Of a stretch of 64,000 nucleotides of DNA, positions 9,912-19,675 are shown piece after piece. Made by a program: the position numbers and the translations under genes. The notes under the pieces are model-generated. The model was not told where the DNA came from and did not search any database. It saw only the letters and a program-made list of their open reading frames with translations. This DNA comes from an uncultured Rickettsiales bacterium (GTDB lineage: Bacteria > Myxococcota_A > UBA796 > UBA9615 > CAYRNR01), in NCBI GenBank assembly GCA_964436045.1, contig CAYTBN010000027.1, positions 1,409 to 65,408 on the forward strand. Direction: 5' to 3'. The stretch's first letter is position 1. The number at the start of each line of letters is the position of its first letter.

Positions 9912-11819
9912 ATGGCTCTGAAGGTGCTGTACTGGGCCGAGGTCGTGCTGGGCTTCGGGGCCCTGATCTTCGTACACGAGCTGGGACACTTCCTGGCTGC
10001 CAAGTGGAACGGGGTCAAGGTCCTTCGGTTTGCCATCGGCTTCGACTTCTGGGGGATCCGGCTTTTCCGCAAGACCCTCGGTGAGACCGAGTACGTGATC
10101 GGTGCCTTCCCGCTGGGCGGCTACGTCAAGATGCTGGGCCAGGAGGACTTGCCCAAGAAGGGGGAGGAGGAGCCGGTCTATCCCTCCGGCCACTTCATGA
10201 CCCGTTCGGTCTGGGCCAGGACCCAGATCATCTCGGCGGGGGTGATTGCCAACTTCCTGCTGGCGTTCCTCCTGTGCTACGGCGCCTATCTGGTCGGCTA
10301 CCACCGTTACGTGCCCGAGGTGGGTTCGGTGGGCTTCGAGTCGCTGGAAGCCGGGCTGCGCCCGGGCGACGTGGTGGTGAGCATCGGCGGCGATCACGTG
10401 GAGTCGTGGACCGAGTTGTTCATGGCCTACGCGCTGTCGGAAGCGGGCCAGGACGTGGACGTCGTCGTGGATCGGGATGGGGAGCGGGTCGAGCTGCAGC
10501 TCCCCGTGCTGCGGGACCCCGCCGATCCGATCAACTTCCCCGACTTCGAGCGGGCCATCGGCCTGCAGGTGGCCGGCATCGTCAAGGACTCGCCGGCCGA
10601 GGAGCACGGCGTCCTCGGCGGTGACCACCTGGTCGCCCTGGACGGCGAGACGCTGACGGGCTGGAATCACTTCAGCGCCCTCGTCTCGCGCCGCCCGGGG
10701 GAGACCGTCGCCCTGGAGGTCCAGCACGTCGACGACCGGGGACGTCGGGCGGAGCAGGAGGTCATCCAGCTGACCCTGGACGAGGCGGACGACGTCTACG
10801 CCCCCAGCCGCGGCCTGGGGATGGGCCCGGGCGAGGACCCGACCATCGACGCCGTCCTGTCGGACTCGCCGGCCTCACGGGCCGGGCTCCAGTCCGGCGA
10901 CCGGATCACCGCCGTCGACGGCATCAACACACCCTACTGGCGCGATGTCTGGTTGGCGCTCGAGTACGGCGACGGGGGTCAGCCGCGGGCGCTGAGCATG
11001 GAGCGGGGCGGACAGCCCCTCGCACTGTCCGTGGTCCCCGAGGCCGCCCAGCACTGGGGCATCGGGATCTGGGGCCTGCCGGTCCTCGGTGTGGTCCACC
11101 GCTCGCCCGACGCGCCCCGCATCGGCGTCCTCGAGGTCGGCGGACCGGCGGACGCCTCCGGACTGCAGCGCGGCGACAAGCTGGTCAGCCTGGCCTACGA
11201 CGACGACGAGCAAGGTGAGCAGGTCATCGAGCTGTTCAGCTGGAACCACGTCTACGTGGTGCTCTCGCGCCTGCCGGACGACTCCTGGGTTCGCGTCACC
11301 GTCGACCGCGACGGCCTGGAGATGGTCAAGAGCATCCAGGTCACACCCGACTCCAGCGGCAAGCGACGGGGGATGGTGGGCGTCTACGGCAGCCTCATGC
11401 AGGAGAAGGTCCGCATGGGGCCCATCGAGGCGATCGGGCCCTCGTTGGCCAAACCCTTCACCCTGTTCGACGAGTTCCTCAAGGGCTTCCGGGCGATGTT
11501 CACGGGGCGGGTCAGCCCCAAGACCATCTCCGGCCCGGTGGGCATCCTGTCGATGACCTATTCGGCGGCCTCCCAGGGCATGGGGGACCTGCTGCTGCTA
11601 CTGGCGCTGATCTCGGTGAACCTGGCGATCGTCAACTTCCTGCCGATCCCGATCACCGACGGCGGCCACTTCATGTTCCTGCTGTACGAGAAGATCCGCG
11701 GGCGCAGGATGAGTGAGGAGGTCCAGGGCGTCCTGCTGTGGGCCGGACTGGCGTTCCTGCTGGCGGTCTTCGTCCTGGTCACGTGGAACGATCTGGCGCG
11801 AATCATCTTCAAGCAGTGA
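9912..11819 (+). CDS. rseP: RIP zinc metalloprotease RseP (site-2 protease) with multiple PDZ domains
   Basis: HELGH motif lies in the first TM region. Several PDZ-like segments follow. The C-terminal LDGG-like motif is ITDGGHFMF. Confidence 0.85.
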   Translation: MALKVLYWAEVVLGFGALIFVHELGHFLAAKWNGVKVLRFAIGFDFWGIRLFRKTLGETEYVIGAFPLGGYVKMLGQEDLPKKGEEEPVYPSGHFMTRSVWARTQIISAGVIANFLLAFLLCYGAYLVGYHRYVPEVGSVGFESLEAGLRPGDVVVSIGGDHVESWTELFMAYALSEAGQDVDVVVDRDGERVELQLPVLRDPADPINFPDFERAIGLQVAGIVKDSPAEEHGVLGGDHLVALDGETLTGWNHFSALVSRRPGETVALEVQHVDDRGRRAEQEVIQLTLDEADDVYAPSRGLGMGPGEDPTIDAVLSDSPASRAGLQSGDRITAVDGINTPYWRDVWLALEYGDGGQPRALSMERGGQPLALSVVPEAAQHWGIGIWGLPVLGVVHRSPDAPRIGVLEVGGPADASGLQRGDKLVSLAYDDDEQGEQVIELFSWNHVYVVLSRLPDDSWVRVTVDRDGLEMVKSIQVTPDSSGKRRGMVGVYGSLMQEKVRMGPIEAIGPSLAKPFTLFDEFLKGFRAMFTGRVSPKTISGPVGILSMTYSAASQGMGDLLLLLALISVNLAIVNFLPIPITDGGHFMFLLYEKIRGRRMSEEVQGVLLWAGLAFLLAVFVLVTWNDLARIIFKQ

Positions 11820-11822
11820 AGA

Positions 11823-11843
11823 GGCGTCAGGCGTCAGGCGTCG
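11823..11843. repeat. (GGCGTCA)3 tandem heptamer element, copy A
   Basis: It begins 4 nt after the rseP stop. A GC hairpin GGGGAAGC-GG-GCTTCCCC (11853-11870) plus a short T-run follows. Confidence 0.8.
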
Positions 11844-11852
11844 GGCGGAAGA

Positions 11853-11875
11853 GGGGAAGCGGGCTTCCCCGTCAG
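11853..11875 (+). terminator. Candidate intrinsic terminator after rseP
   Basis: Perfect 8-bp GC-rich stem with a 2-nt loop, followed by GTCAGTTTGG. Confidence 0.4.
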
Positions 11876-11888
11876 TTTGGGGTAGACG

Positions 11889-13595
11889 ATGGGCAAACAA
11901 TCCACGAACGAGACCTCGGCGCCCGCCTGGGCCGACACCCTGCGGCGGCGCTACCTGGCCGAGGAGGCGAGCCTCTTCCTGGTTCACGGCAACGTGCGCG
12001 ACCTGGTGCCCGTGGGCGACGGCTACGCCACCTTGGAGGAGTACATCGAACGGCTGCTGGCCAGGACCAAGGAGGTGGTCTGCTTCTACGACTACAGCCG
12101 CGGACTGCGTTTCTCCCGGCGCGGGATGAAGGAGAAGTTCCTGCTGACCGCCAACACCCGTCGCATCCTGCGTGGCCAGGCGGAGATCGACGACGACTTC
12201 CCCAAGGACCCGCTGCGGCTGTTCCCGATCCTCGAGGACTTCGTCACCGATCCTGCGGCCCACGGCGCGCTGGTGATGGACTACGTGGAAACCGTGGTGC
12301 CGGCGGGCGACATCTCGTTCATGGGCGCCGAGGACCGGAGCTCGCTGGTCACCCTGCAGCGCTGGACCGCGGACCCGGCGATCCTGGGCAGCGACAACCT
12401 GATCATCCTGCTGACCGAGAGCCTGCCCGACGTCAATCGCAAGGTGCTGCACTGCCCCCAGCTGTCGACCATCGAGGTCCCGATGCCGGACCTGGACGCG
12501 CGGAAGGCCTTCATCCGCCACCTGCGGGAGGAGTACCCCGCCCCGGGCATCCGCGCCGAGCTGCTGGCCCAGATCACCGCCGGGCTGACCCTGGTCCAGA
12601 TCGAGGGCATCTTCCGCCAGGTGCGACAGGGCGGTGGCAAGATCTCCTTCGATGTGGTCAGCGAGGCCAAGCGGCGGATCATCGAGCAGGAGTGCTTCGG
12701 GTTGATCGAGTTCGTGCGGTCGGACCACGACTTCAAGGCGGTCGGCGGACTCGACGAGAACAAGGCGGTGCTGAACCGCGTGTCGGACAACCTCAAGAAG
12801 GGGCGCAAGGCGCGGGTGCCGATGGGCATCCTCTTCGTCGGGCCGATGGGGACCGGCAAGACCTTCGTGGCCGAGGCGTTCGCCAACGAGTGCGAGCTGA
12901 CCTGCGTCAAGTTCAAGAACTTCCGCGAGAAGTGGGTCGGTTCCACCGAGGGCAACCTGGAGCGGATCCTCAACGTGATCAAGGCCATGGGTTACGTGCT
13001 GGTGATGATCGACGAGGGCGACCGCTCGATGGGCGGCGGCAGCGGGGAGACCGACGGCGGCACCTCGTCCCGGGTCACCGCACGGCTCAAGGAGTTCATG
13101 AGCGACACCAGCCACCGGGGCTCGATCATCTTCATCATGATGACGAACCGCCCGGACAAGCTGGACGCGGACATGAAACGCCCGGGCCGCTTCGACCTCA
13201 AGCTGCCGTTCTTCTTCCCCCAGACCACCGACGAGCGGGCCAACATCACCCGGGCCCTGGCGCACAAGAACAAGATCAACCACGGGATCCGTAGCTTCAA
13301 GAAGGTGGGCGAGGCCACCGACGGCATGAGCGGGGCCGAGATCGAGGCGGTCCTGCTGTCCGCCATCGGTCTGGCCGAGGAAGAGGGCAAGGACAAGATC
13401 ACCGAAAAGCACGTGCGCGACGCCATCGCCGACTACATCCCCAGCCGCGACACGGTGATGCTGGACTACATGGCGATGCTCGCCGTGTTCGAGTGCTCGT
13501 CCCGCCGGCTCCTCCCCGAACGCTACCAGCGGGTCGATACCGACGAACTCAACAACCGCATCCGCTTGATGCGGACTCAGCTGCTTACGCGCTAG
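11889..13595 (+). CDS. AAA+ ATPase with an N-terminal domain of unknown function
   Basis: Walker A is GPMGTGKT, Walker B is VLVMIDEGD. Sensor/arginine-finger residues are present. The N-terminal half of about 300 aa has no recognisable motif. Confidence 0.7.
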   Translation: MGKQSTNETSAPAWADTLRRRYLAEEASLFLVHGNVRDLVPVGDGYATLEEYIERLLARTKEVVCFYDYSRGLRFSRRGMKEKFLLTANTRRILRGQAEIDDDFPKDPLRLFPILEDFVTDPAAHGALVMDYVETVVPAGDISFMGAEDRSSLVTLQRWTADPAILGSDNLIILLTESLPDVNRKVLHCPQLSTIEVPMPDLDARKAFIRHLREEYPAPGIRAELLAQITAGLTLVQIEGIFRQVRQGGGKISFDVVSEAKRRIIEQECFGLIEFVRSDHDFKAVGGLDENKAVLNRVSDNLKKGRKARVPMGILFVGPMGTGKTFVAEAFANECELTCVKFKNFREKWVGSTEGNLERILNVIKAMGYVLVMIDEGDRSMGGGSGETDGGTSSRVTARLKEFMSDTSHRGSIIFIMMTNRPDKLDADMKRPGRFDLKLPFFFPQTTDERANITRALAHKNKINHGIRSFKKVGEATDGMSGAEIEAVLLSAIGLAEEEGKDKITEKHVRDAIADYIPSRDTVMLDYMAMLAVFECSSRRLLPERYQRVDTDELNNRIRLMRTQLLTR

Positions 13596-13696
13596 CGCCA
13601 GGCTCCGGGCGGCCGGAGCCCGGCGATAGCCGAGCAAGGCCTGGTCCGGGAGCGTCGCGTTTGCTTTTCCGCCGCAGCGGCCTACCTTACTCCACC

Positions 13697-15430
13697 ATGG
13701 ACTGGACGCTGAAGCCGCTGCCGAACGCTCCCGGGCGACCGGGACCCGTGGTGGTCGCCATTCTCGACGGCGTCGGCGTCGGCCGCCGCGACGAGGGCGA
13801 CGCCGTTCACCTGGCCCGCACGCCAGTGCTGGACCGGCTGGCGGCCCAGCACCCCTCCCTCACGCTGCGCGCCCATGGCACCGCCGTCGGCATGCCGTCG
13901 GACAAGGACATGGGGAACTCGGAGGTGGGCCACAACGCCCTGGGCTGCGGCCGGGTGTTCGACCAGGGGGCCAAGCTGGTGGACGCGGCCATCGCCAGCG
14001 GCGCGCTGTTCGATGGCGCGGTCTGGCACGCTGCGTTGGAGCGCTGCGCCCGCGGTGGCGCCATACACCTGATCGGGCTGCTCAGCGACGGCAACGTGCA
14101 CAGCCACATCGACCACCTGCTGGCGTTGATCCGCCGCGCGGACCAGGCGGGTGTTTCCACCCTGTACGTGCACCCGCTGCTGGACGGGCGAGATGTGGGC
14201 GAGACCTCTGCGCTGGAGTACGTGGACGCCCTGCAGGCGGTCCTCGACTCCATCGACGGGCGCGCCGGTCGCCGCTACCGGGTGGCCTCGGGCGGCGGCC
14301 GGATGCTGGTGACCATGGACCGCTACGAGGCGGACTGGTCCATCGTCGAGCGCGGCTGGCGAGCCCATGTGCTGGGGGACGCGCGACGTTTCGGGTCGGC
14401 CCGGGCCGCGGTGGAAGGGTTCCGCGCCGAGCAACGCGGTATCGGCGACCAGTTCCTGCCGGCATTCGTCGTCGCCGATGGCGACGGCCCGGTGGGTACG
14501 GTGCAGGACGGCGACACCGTGCTCTTCTTCAACTTCCGCGGCGACCGGGCGCTGGAGATCAGCCGGGCGTTCGAAGCGGACGACTTCCCCCACTTCGACC
14601 GCGTGCGGCGGCCCGACGTGCTCTACGCCGGCATTATGGAGTACGACGGCGATCGCCACATCCCGTCCAGCTACCTGGTGCGGCCGTCGGCCATCGACCG
14701 CACCCTCGGCGAGTACCTGTGCCACAACGGGGTGACCCAGCTCGCGATCTCCGAGACCCAGAAGTACGGGCACGTGACCTACTTCTGGAACGGCAACAAG
14801 GCCGGCCTGTTCGATCCCGCCAGCGGACGGTTTGTCGACGTGACCCCCGATGCACTGGATGCCGAGCTGTACGACGGCCGGGTTCGGCGCTCGGCGCTCG
14901 AGACCTACATCGAGATCCCCAGCGACCGGCTGGCCTTCGAGCTGCGCCCCTGGATGAAGGCCGCCGAGATCACCGACGCCCTGCTCGACGAGCTGCACCG
15001 CGGCGGCCAGCGCTTCGTCCGGGTGAACTTCGCCAACGGGGACATGGTCGGCCACACCGGCGATCGCCACGCCGCCATCGTGGCGATGGAGGTGGTCGAC
15101 CGCTGTCTGGGCCGACTGCTGGACGCGGTGCGCGAGCTCGACGGCGTCGCCCTGATCACCGCCGATCACGGCAACGCGGACGAGATGTACATGCGGGACA
15201 AGAAGACGGGCGAGTTCACCCGCGACGCGGATGGTCAGATCGTGCCCAAGACCAGCCACACCCTCAACCCGGTGCCACTGGTCCTGTTCGACCCCAGGGA
15301 CGGCGGCGGATTGGCCCTGGATCGGGAGCTGGCCGAACCGGGGCTGGCCAACGTCGCCGCGACGATCCTCGCCCTGCTCGGCCTCGAGGCCCCCGACGGC
15401 TACCGGCCCTCTCTGCTGGCCGCGCGCTGA
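13697..15430 (+). CDS. gpmI: 2,3-bisphosphoglycerate-independent phosphoglycerate mutase
   Basis: ILDGVGVG, the MGNSEVGHNALG (catalytic Ser) region and the ADHGNADEM motif. Start set at MDWTLKP. Confidence 0.9.
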   Translation: MDWTLKPLPNAPGRPGPVVVAILDGVGVGRRDEGDAVHLARTPVLDRLAAQHPSLTLRAHGTAVGMPSDKDMGNSEVGHNALGCGRVFDQGAKLVDAAIASGALFDGAVWHAALERCARGGAIHLIGLLSDGNVHSHIDHLLALIRRADQAGVSTLYVHPLLDGRDVGETSALEYVDALQAVLDSIDGRAGRRYRVASGGGRMLVTMDRYEADWSIVERGWRAHVLGDARRFGSARAAVEGFRAEQRGIGDQFLPAFVVADGDGPVGTVQDGDTVLFFNFRGDRALEISRAFEADDFPHFDRVRRPDVLYAGIMEYDGDRHIPSSYLVRPSAIDRTLGEYLCHNGVTQLAISETQKYGHVTYFWNGNKAGLFDPASGRFVDVTPDALDAELYDGRVRRSALETYIEIPSDRLAFELRPWMKAAEITDALLDELHRGGQRFVRVNFANGDMVGHTGDRHAAIVAMEVVDRCLGRLLDAVRELDGVALITADHGNADEMYMRDKKTGEFTRDADGQIVPKTSHTLNPVPLVLFDPRDGGGLALDRELAEPGLANVAATILALLGLEAPDGYRPSLLAAR

Positions 15431-15552
15431 TCCCGCGACGGGGACCGGGCACACAACTTCCTTTGACATCGCCCATCCGTCGGGAGACATTTATGTCCCC
15501 GGGGGCCCAGGAGCGGGCCTCTAAGCTGTTCGAGTAACGGGCGGAGCCGACC

Positions 15553-16284
15553 ATGCACGTCGACGAACTTGTGCGAGATTTGATGATCGGGGGGATCGCG
15601 GCGCCGGCTGCGGTCACCGCGGGAGACGTCCCGATCGCCGTGGGCAGCCTCAAGCAGGCCATCGCCCGCCAGGTCCGCGCCGCGGGTATCCCCCGGGACG
15701 CAGCGGCCCGGCACCTGGGGGTCACCCCCCGCTCGCTGTCGCGCTGGATGCACGGCGAGGAAGACGCCGTCACCAACCCCCGCAACCGGCAACTGCAGGG
15801 GGAGATCATCGGCCTGCTGCGCCGCCGCAGCCCCGAGCCGGTCTCCCGCAGGGACATCGTCTGCCACCTGATCGACCGCGAGATCGACGCCAGCCCCGAG
15901 GAGGTCCAGGGGATCCTCGACCTCTACCTGAAGCTGGGCCAGATCGAACCGGCGGGGAAGTACCGCTACCGCGCGTCGGAGCGGCGGCGGGTCACCCATA
16001 CTCCCGAACGCACCGAGTCACGTGCCCAGGCGATCTACCGCCGTGTGCAGGCCCTTCCCCGGATGGTCCGCTCCTATATTCGCGGCGAGTCAGGGTCTCG
16101 AGCCCCGATCTGCCGGATGAACATCCCGCCGGATCGGGTCGAGGTGGTCGCCCAGAAAGTCACCGACGCGATCATGACGATCTACAACGAGGAGATGGCG
16201 CGCGAGGTCCCCGAGGACAGCCCGCTGGAGCCGATGACCCTGTTCTTCCTGTCCGCCCGTGGATGGCACGGCGAGCCGGAGTAG
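15553..16284 (+). CDS. Hypothetical protein with HTH-like segment
   Basis: 243 aa ORF with good GC3 bias. AARHLGVTPRSLSRWMHGEE resembles a helix-turn-helix. No other family signature. Confidence 0.5.
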   Translation: MHVDELVRDLMIGGIAAPAAVTAGDVPIAVGSLKQAIARQVRAAGIPRDAAARHLGVTPRSLSRWMHGEEDAVTNPRNRQLQGEIIGLLRRRSPEPVSRRDIVCHLIDREIDASPEEVQGILDLYLKLGQIEPAGKYRYRASERRRVTHTPERTESRAQAIYRRVQALPRMVRSYIRGESGSRAPICRMNIPPDRVEVVAQKVTDAIMTIYNEEMAREVPEDSPLEPMTLFFLSARGWHGEPE

Positions 16285-16298
16285 GGAGGGACAAAGCG

Positions 16299-16550
16299 AT
16301 GCATGTGACCAAGAAAATCCTGATCGTCCTGACCCTTTGCCTGGCCTTCGGAGTGGCATCTGGCGTGGCCGCCCCGGCCGCCGCCGGTCCCCAGAACGGC
16401 GAGGTCAACCACGCCAAGGAGAAGGTCCAGTACCGCACGGGCAAGGCACCCGAGTCGTTCTGGAGCCTGCTGTTCCCCTACGTGGACCTCGTGATCGAGA
16501 TGATGCCGCTGGAATTGCTGTTCCCGGACGCCGGCGATCCCGGCGACTGA
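16299..16550 (+). CDS. Small secreted hypothetical protein
   Basis: GGGAGGG RBS is followed by ATG. Signal peptide is ILIVLTLCLAFGVASGVAAPAAA. 83 aa. Confidence 0.45.
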   Translation: MHVTKKILIVLTLCLAFGVASGVAAPAAAGPQNGEVNHAKEKVQYRTGKAPESFWSLLFPYVDLVIEMMPLELLFPDAGDPGD

Positions 16551-16580
16551 ACGGACCGTTCACGCCCCCCGACATCTCTC

Positions 16581-16609
16581 TTGACATCGAGGTACCTGCT
16601 GCGTAAGTT
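16581..16609 (+). promoter_or_regulatory. Sigma70-type promoter (TTGACA-17 nt-TAAGTT) upstream of rplU
   Basis: Perfect -35 TTGACA at 16581-16586. A 17-nt spacer leads to -10 TAAGTT at 16604-16609, about 50 nt upstream of the rplU ATG. Confidence 0.6.
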
Positions 16610-16660
16610 GCGTCGGCCGTTCGTCCAGCGAGGGCGGACCCATGCACCCGGAGAACGTCC

Positions 16661-16969
16661 ATGTACGCCGTGGTCGAAACCAGTGGACATCAGTTCAAGG
16701 TCGAGCAGGGCTCGACGGTTCGCGTCGACCGGCTGAAGGCCGAGGTCGGCGCCGAGATCACCTTCGATCGCGTCCTGCTCGTGGGTGGCGACGAGGTCGC
16801 CATCGGCAAGCCCACCGTGGCCGAAGCCAAGGTGGTCGGGACCGTTGTCCAGCACGGTCGCGGACCGAAGATCGTTGCGCTCAATTTCAAGCGCCGCAAA
16901 GGCTATCACCGGCGCGTCGGATTCCGCGCCCAGTTCACCGACGTCCGCATCGAGCGGATCGAGGCCTGA
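16661..16969 (+). CDS. rplU: 50S ribosomal protein L21
   Basis: MYAVVETSGHQFKV... is the canonical L21 sequence. Confidence 0.95.
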   Translation: MYAVVETSGHQFKVEQGSTVRVDRLKAEVGAEITFDRVLLVGGDEVAIGKPTVAEAKVVGTVVQHGRGPKIVALNFKRRKGYHRRVGFRAQFTDVRIERIEA

Positions 16970-16984
16970 GCAAGGGAGGTCGCC

Positions 16985-17245
16985 ATGGCTCACAAGAAAG
17001 GTCAGGGAAGCTCCCGCAACGGTCGCGACAGCAATGGTCAGCGACGCGGTGTGAAGCGCTTCGACGGTCAGCACGTGCCGGCGGGCAACATCATCGTGCG
17101 GCAGCTCGGCACCCGGATCCATCCGGGACGGAACGTCGGTTGCGGCCGGGACTACACCCTGTTCGCGCTGGTCGAGGGCAAGGTGAAGTTCGGTACCGAC
17201 CGCTTCGGACGCAAGTGCGTGTCGATCCTGTCCGCGGAAGCCTGA
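16985..17245 (+). CDS. rpmA: 50S ribosomal protein L27
   Basis: [16 protein letters not shown]...GNIIVRQ is the canonical L27 sequence. Confidence 0.95.
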   Translation: MAHKKGQGSSRNGRDSNGQRRGVKRFDGQHVPAGNIIVRQLGTRIHPGRNVGCGRDYTLFALVEGKVKFGTDRFGRKCVSILSAEA

Positions 17246-17298
17246 TCCCCCATCCGGCGCTCCAGCCAGCCGAGCGCTGACGGGTCATCGGTGGACCC

Positions 17299-18324
17299 GT
17301 GAAGTTCCTCGACGAGGTCATCATCGACGTCCGCTCCGGCAAGGGCGGGGACGGCATGGTGCATTTCCACAGGGAGCGTTTTGTCCCCCGGGGCGGGCCC
17401 GACGGCGGCGACGGCGGACGAGGCGGCGACGTGATCCTCGCCGTCGACGAGGGCTGCAACACCCTGCTCCATCTCCGCTTCAACCCCCACCACCGCGCCG
17501 GGAACGGACAGCCGGGCGGCACGGGCAACCGCAACGGCCGCGGGGGGGAGGACGTGGTGATCCGACTGCCCCAGGGCACGACGGTACGTGAGGTGGATGG
17601 GGAGGGCATGCTCGCGGATCTCACCGCGGTGGGCCAGCGGGTCGTGATCGCCGCTGGCGGCAAGGGTGGCCGGGGCAACGCCGCGTTCAAGAGTCCCACG
17701 AACCGCACGCCGACCCAGGCCGGCGTTGGCCAGCCCGGGCTCCAGTTGCGCCTGGCCCTGGAACTCAGGTTGCTGGCCGACGTGGGGCTGGTCGGCCTGC
17801 CGAACGCCGGCAAGTCGACCCTCCTGTCCCGGCTGTCGGCGGCGCGCCCGCGGATCGCGGACTACCCCTTCACGACACTGGAGCCCTCCCTGGGTGTGGT
17901 GCAAACCGACGACTTCGGCTCCTTCGTGATGGCCGACCTGCCCGGCCTGGTGGAGGGCGCCCACGAGGGACGGGGACTCGGCCACCGCTTCCTGAGGCAC
18001 GTGGAACGCACGGCGGTCTTCCTCTACCTGGTCAGCCTGGAGACGGCGGGGGACGAGGGCGACGATCCCGTGGAGCGCTTCCGGTCGGTGTACGATGAAC
18101 TTCGGGCCTACGAATCGTCCCTGGTCGAGCGGCCGGGGATGGTCGGACTGTCCAAGCTGGATACGCTCTACGCTCGAGGAGAGCTGGAGGAGCTGACCAG
18201 GCGGGTCCAGGAGGGCACCGGGCTGCCGACCATGGCGTTCTCGTCGGTGACTGGCGAGGGGCTGGACGAACTGGTGCGTGCCCTGGCACGGGCCACGAAC
18301 CGGGAGCGGGAGAGTCGGACATGA
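17299..18324 (+). CDS. obg: GTPase Obg/CgtA
   Basis: N-terminal Obg fold (MKFLDEVIIDVRSGKGGDG). GTPase motifs are GLPNAGKST, DLPG and SKLD. Start is GTG. Confidence 0.9.
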   Translation: MKFLDEVIIDVRSGKGGDGMVHFHRERFVPRGGPDGGDGGRGGDVILAVDEGCNTLLHLRFNPHHRAGNGQPGGTGNRNGRGGEDVVIRLPQGTTVREVDGEGMLADLTAVGQRVVIAAGGKGGRGNAAFKSPTNRTPTQAGVGQPGLQLRLALELRLLADVGLVGLPNAGKSTLLSRLSAARPRIADYPFTTLEPSLGVVQTDDFGSFVMADLPGLVEGAHEGRGLGHRFLRHVERTAVFLYLVSLETAGDEGDDPVERFRSVYDELRAYESSLVERPGMVGLSKLDTLYARGELEELTRRVQEGTGLPTMAFSSVTGEGLDELVRALARATNRERESRT

Positions 18325-19184
18325 CGGGTCGCGATGAACGGACAGGCGGGCGACGGGCGCTGGTGCTGGCGCTGGCCCTCGCGCTGTTCGGGTGCAAGGC
18401 GGAGGGGGAGGTCGAGGAAGTCGCGGAACAGCTGAGCGGCACGGAGCTGCCCCCGATGAGTGTCGGGACCGCCCAGGCGATCGGCCCCCATCGCCACTTC
18501 GCCCGCGTGGTGGTGGACGTCGAGCCCGGGACCACGACCGACCCCGAGGAGGAGCAGCTGGAGGTCGTCTGGCTGGACCTGACACGCTACTCGATGGCCC
18601 GCCATGTCGACGGACGTCTCAAGTCCCTGGAGATCCGCGAGGGCGATCAGGCCGCAAAGCGGCTCGCCTCGGGGAAATACACCTGGCGGTCTCCCCGACC
18701 GGGCCCCGACGTCCTGCTCAAGACCCTGAGCGCCTTCGACACCCTGATCGCCCGCTTCCGCAGCCGGCTGCGGGTGGAGACGGTCGACCTGCGCCCCGAG
18801 GATCCCGACGGCTGGACGCGCTACTCGCTGTCGCTCATGCCGCCCCCAGCGGTCGCCGAGGGCGAGTCGCCGATGGAGCAGCTCGAGCGCGACACCTGGA
18901 AGGGCGGCCACTCCGCCCTGCCCCTGAGCCTCATCGGCGAGGTAGTGGTCGACGAGTTCGGCAACCGCCGCGACGTGATCCTCGAGGGCAGCTATCGCAA
19001 GCGATCCGGCGCGTCCTTCGAGAGCGGCGCGGTCACCGTCACCCTCGCCGAGACCCGGGTCGCGCTCGGACCCTCCGATGGGCTGGACATCCCCGTCGAG
19101 ATCGCGGTGATGTTCGCCGAGCGTCGCTCCAAGGAGGAGGAAGCCACCCCGGCGCCCGGTTCGGGTGGCGAGACCATCCCGTGA
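18321..19184 (+). CDS. Hypothetical lipoprotein
   Basis: Signal peptide with LALFGC lipobox. No recognisable domain. It sits between obg and rsfS where proA/proB/nadD are often found. Confidence 0.5.
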   Translation: MTGRDERTGGRRALVLALALALFGCKAEGEVEEVAEQLSGTELPPMSVGTAQAIGPHRHFARVVVDVEPGTTTDPEEEQLEVVWLDLTRYSMARHVDGRLKSLEIREGDQAAKRLASGKYTWRSPRPGPDVLLKTLSAFDTLIARFRSRLRVETVDLRPEDPDGWTRYSLSLMPPPAVAEGESPMEQLERDTWKGGHSALPLSLIGEVVVDEFGNRRDVILEGSYRKRSGASFESGAVTVTLAETRVALGPSDGLDIPVEIAVMFAERRSKEEEATPAPGSGGETIP

Positions 19185-19252
19185 CCCGTCGAGATTGCGC
19201 GCTGGGCCAGGCCCCGATACGATCGATCGCGGACGGGGACTCCACACCTCGC

Positions 19253-19648
19253 ATGGAGGAAGACGCCATTCCCATCGAAGAGAAGGCCAACGAACTGGCC
19301 AACGCCATCCTGGACAAGAAGGGCGAGGACGTCGTGCTACTCGGCGTCACCGAACTCGTCCCCTACGCCGATATCTTCATCATCGCCACGGGCAACAGTC
19401 CACCCCACCTCGATGCCATGACCGACGCGGTCGTGCGCACGGTCAAGGAGTTGACGGGGTTGCCGGCGGGGGTCGAAGGCCGTGGCGGCACGAGCTGGGT
19501 GTTGATCGACTGCGGCGATGTGCTCGTGCATCTGTTCTCGCGGGAGGCCCGCGGGTTCTACGATCTGGATGGCCTGTGGTGCGACGCGACGCGCACGGAG
19601 CTCTCCGGCGAGCCGGACGACGTGCCCGGAGCCAAGGCCAACAGCTGA
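19253..19648 (+). CDS. rsfS: Ribosome silencing factor RsfS (Iojap)
   Basis: About 130 aa. The motif ELANAILDKKGEDVVLLGV...DIFIIATGNSPPHLDAM...WVLIDCGDVLVHLF is typical of RsfS. Confidence 0.85.
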   Translation: MEEDAIPIEEKANELANAILDKKGEDVVLLGVTELVPYADIFIIATGNSPPHLDAMTDAVVRTVKELTGLPAGVEGRGGTSWVLIDCGDVLVHLFSREARGFYDLDGLWCDATRTELSGEPDDVPGAKANS

Positions 19649-19675
19649 CCCGGGGGCGGTAGCCACCGACCACCG

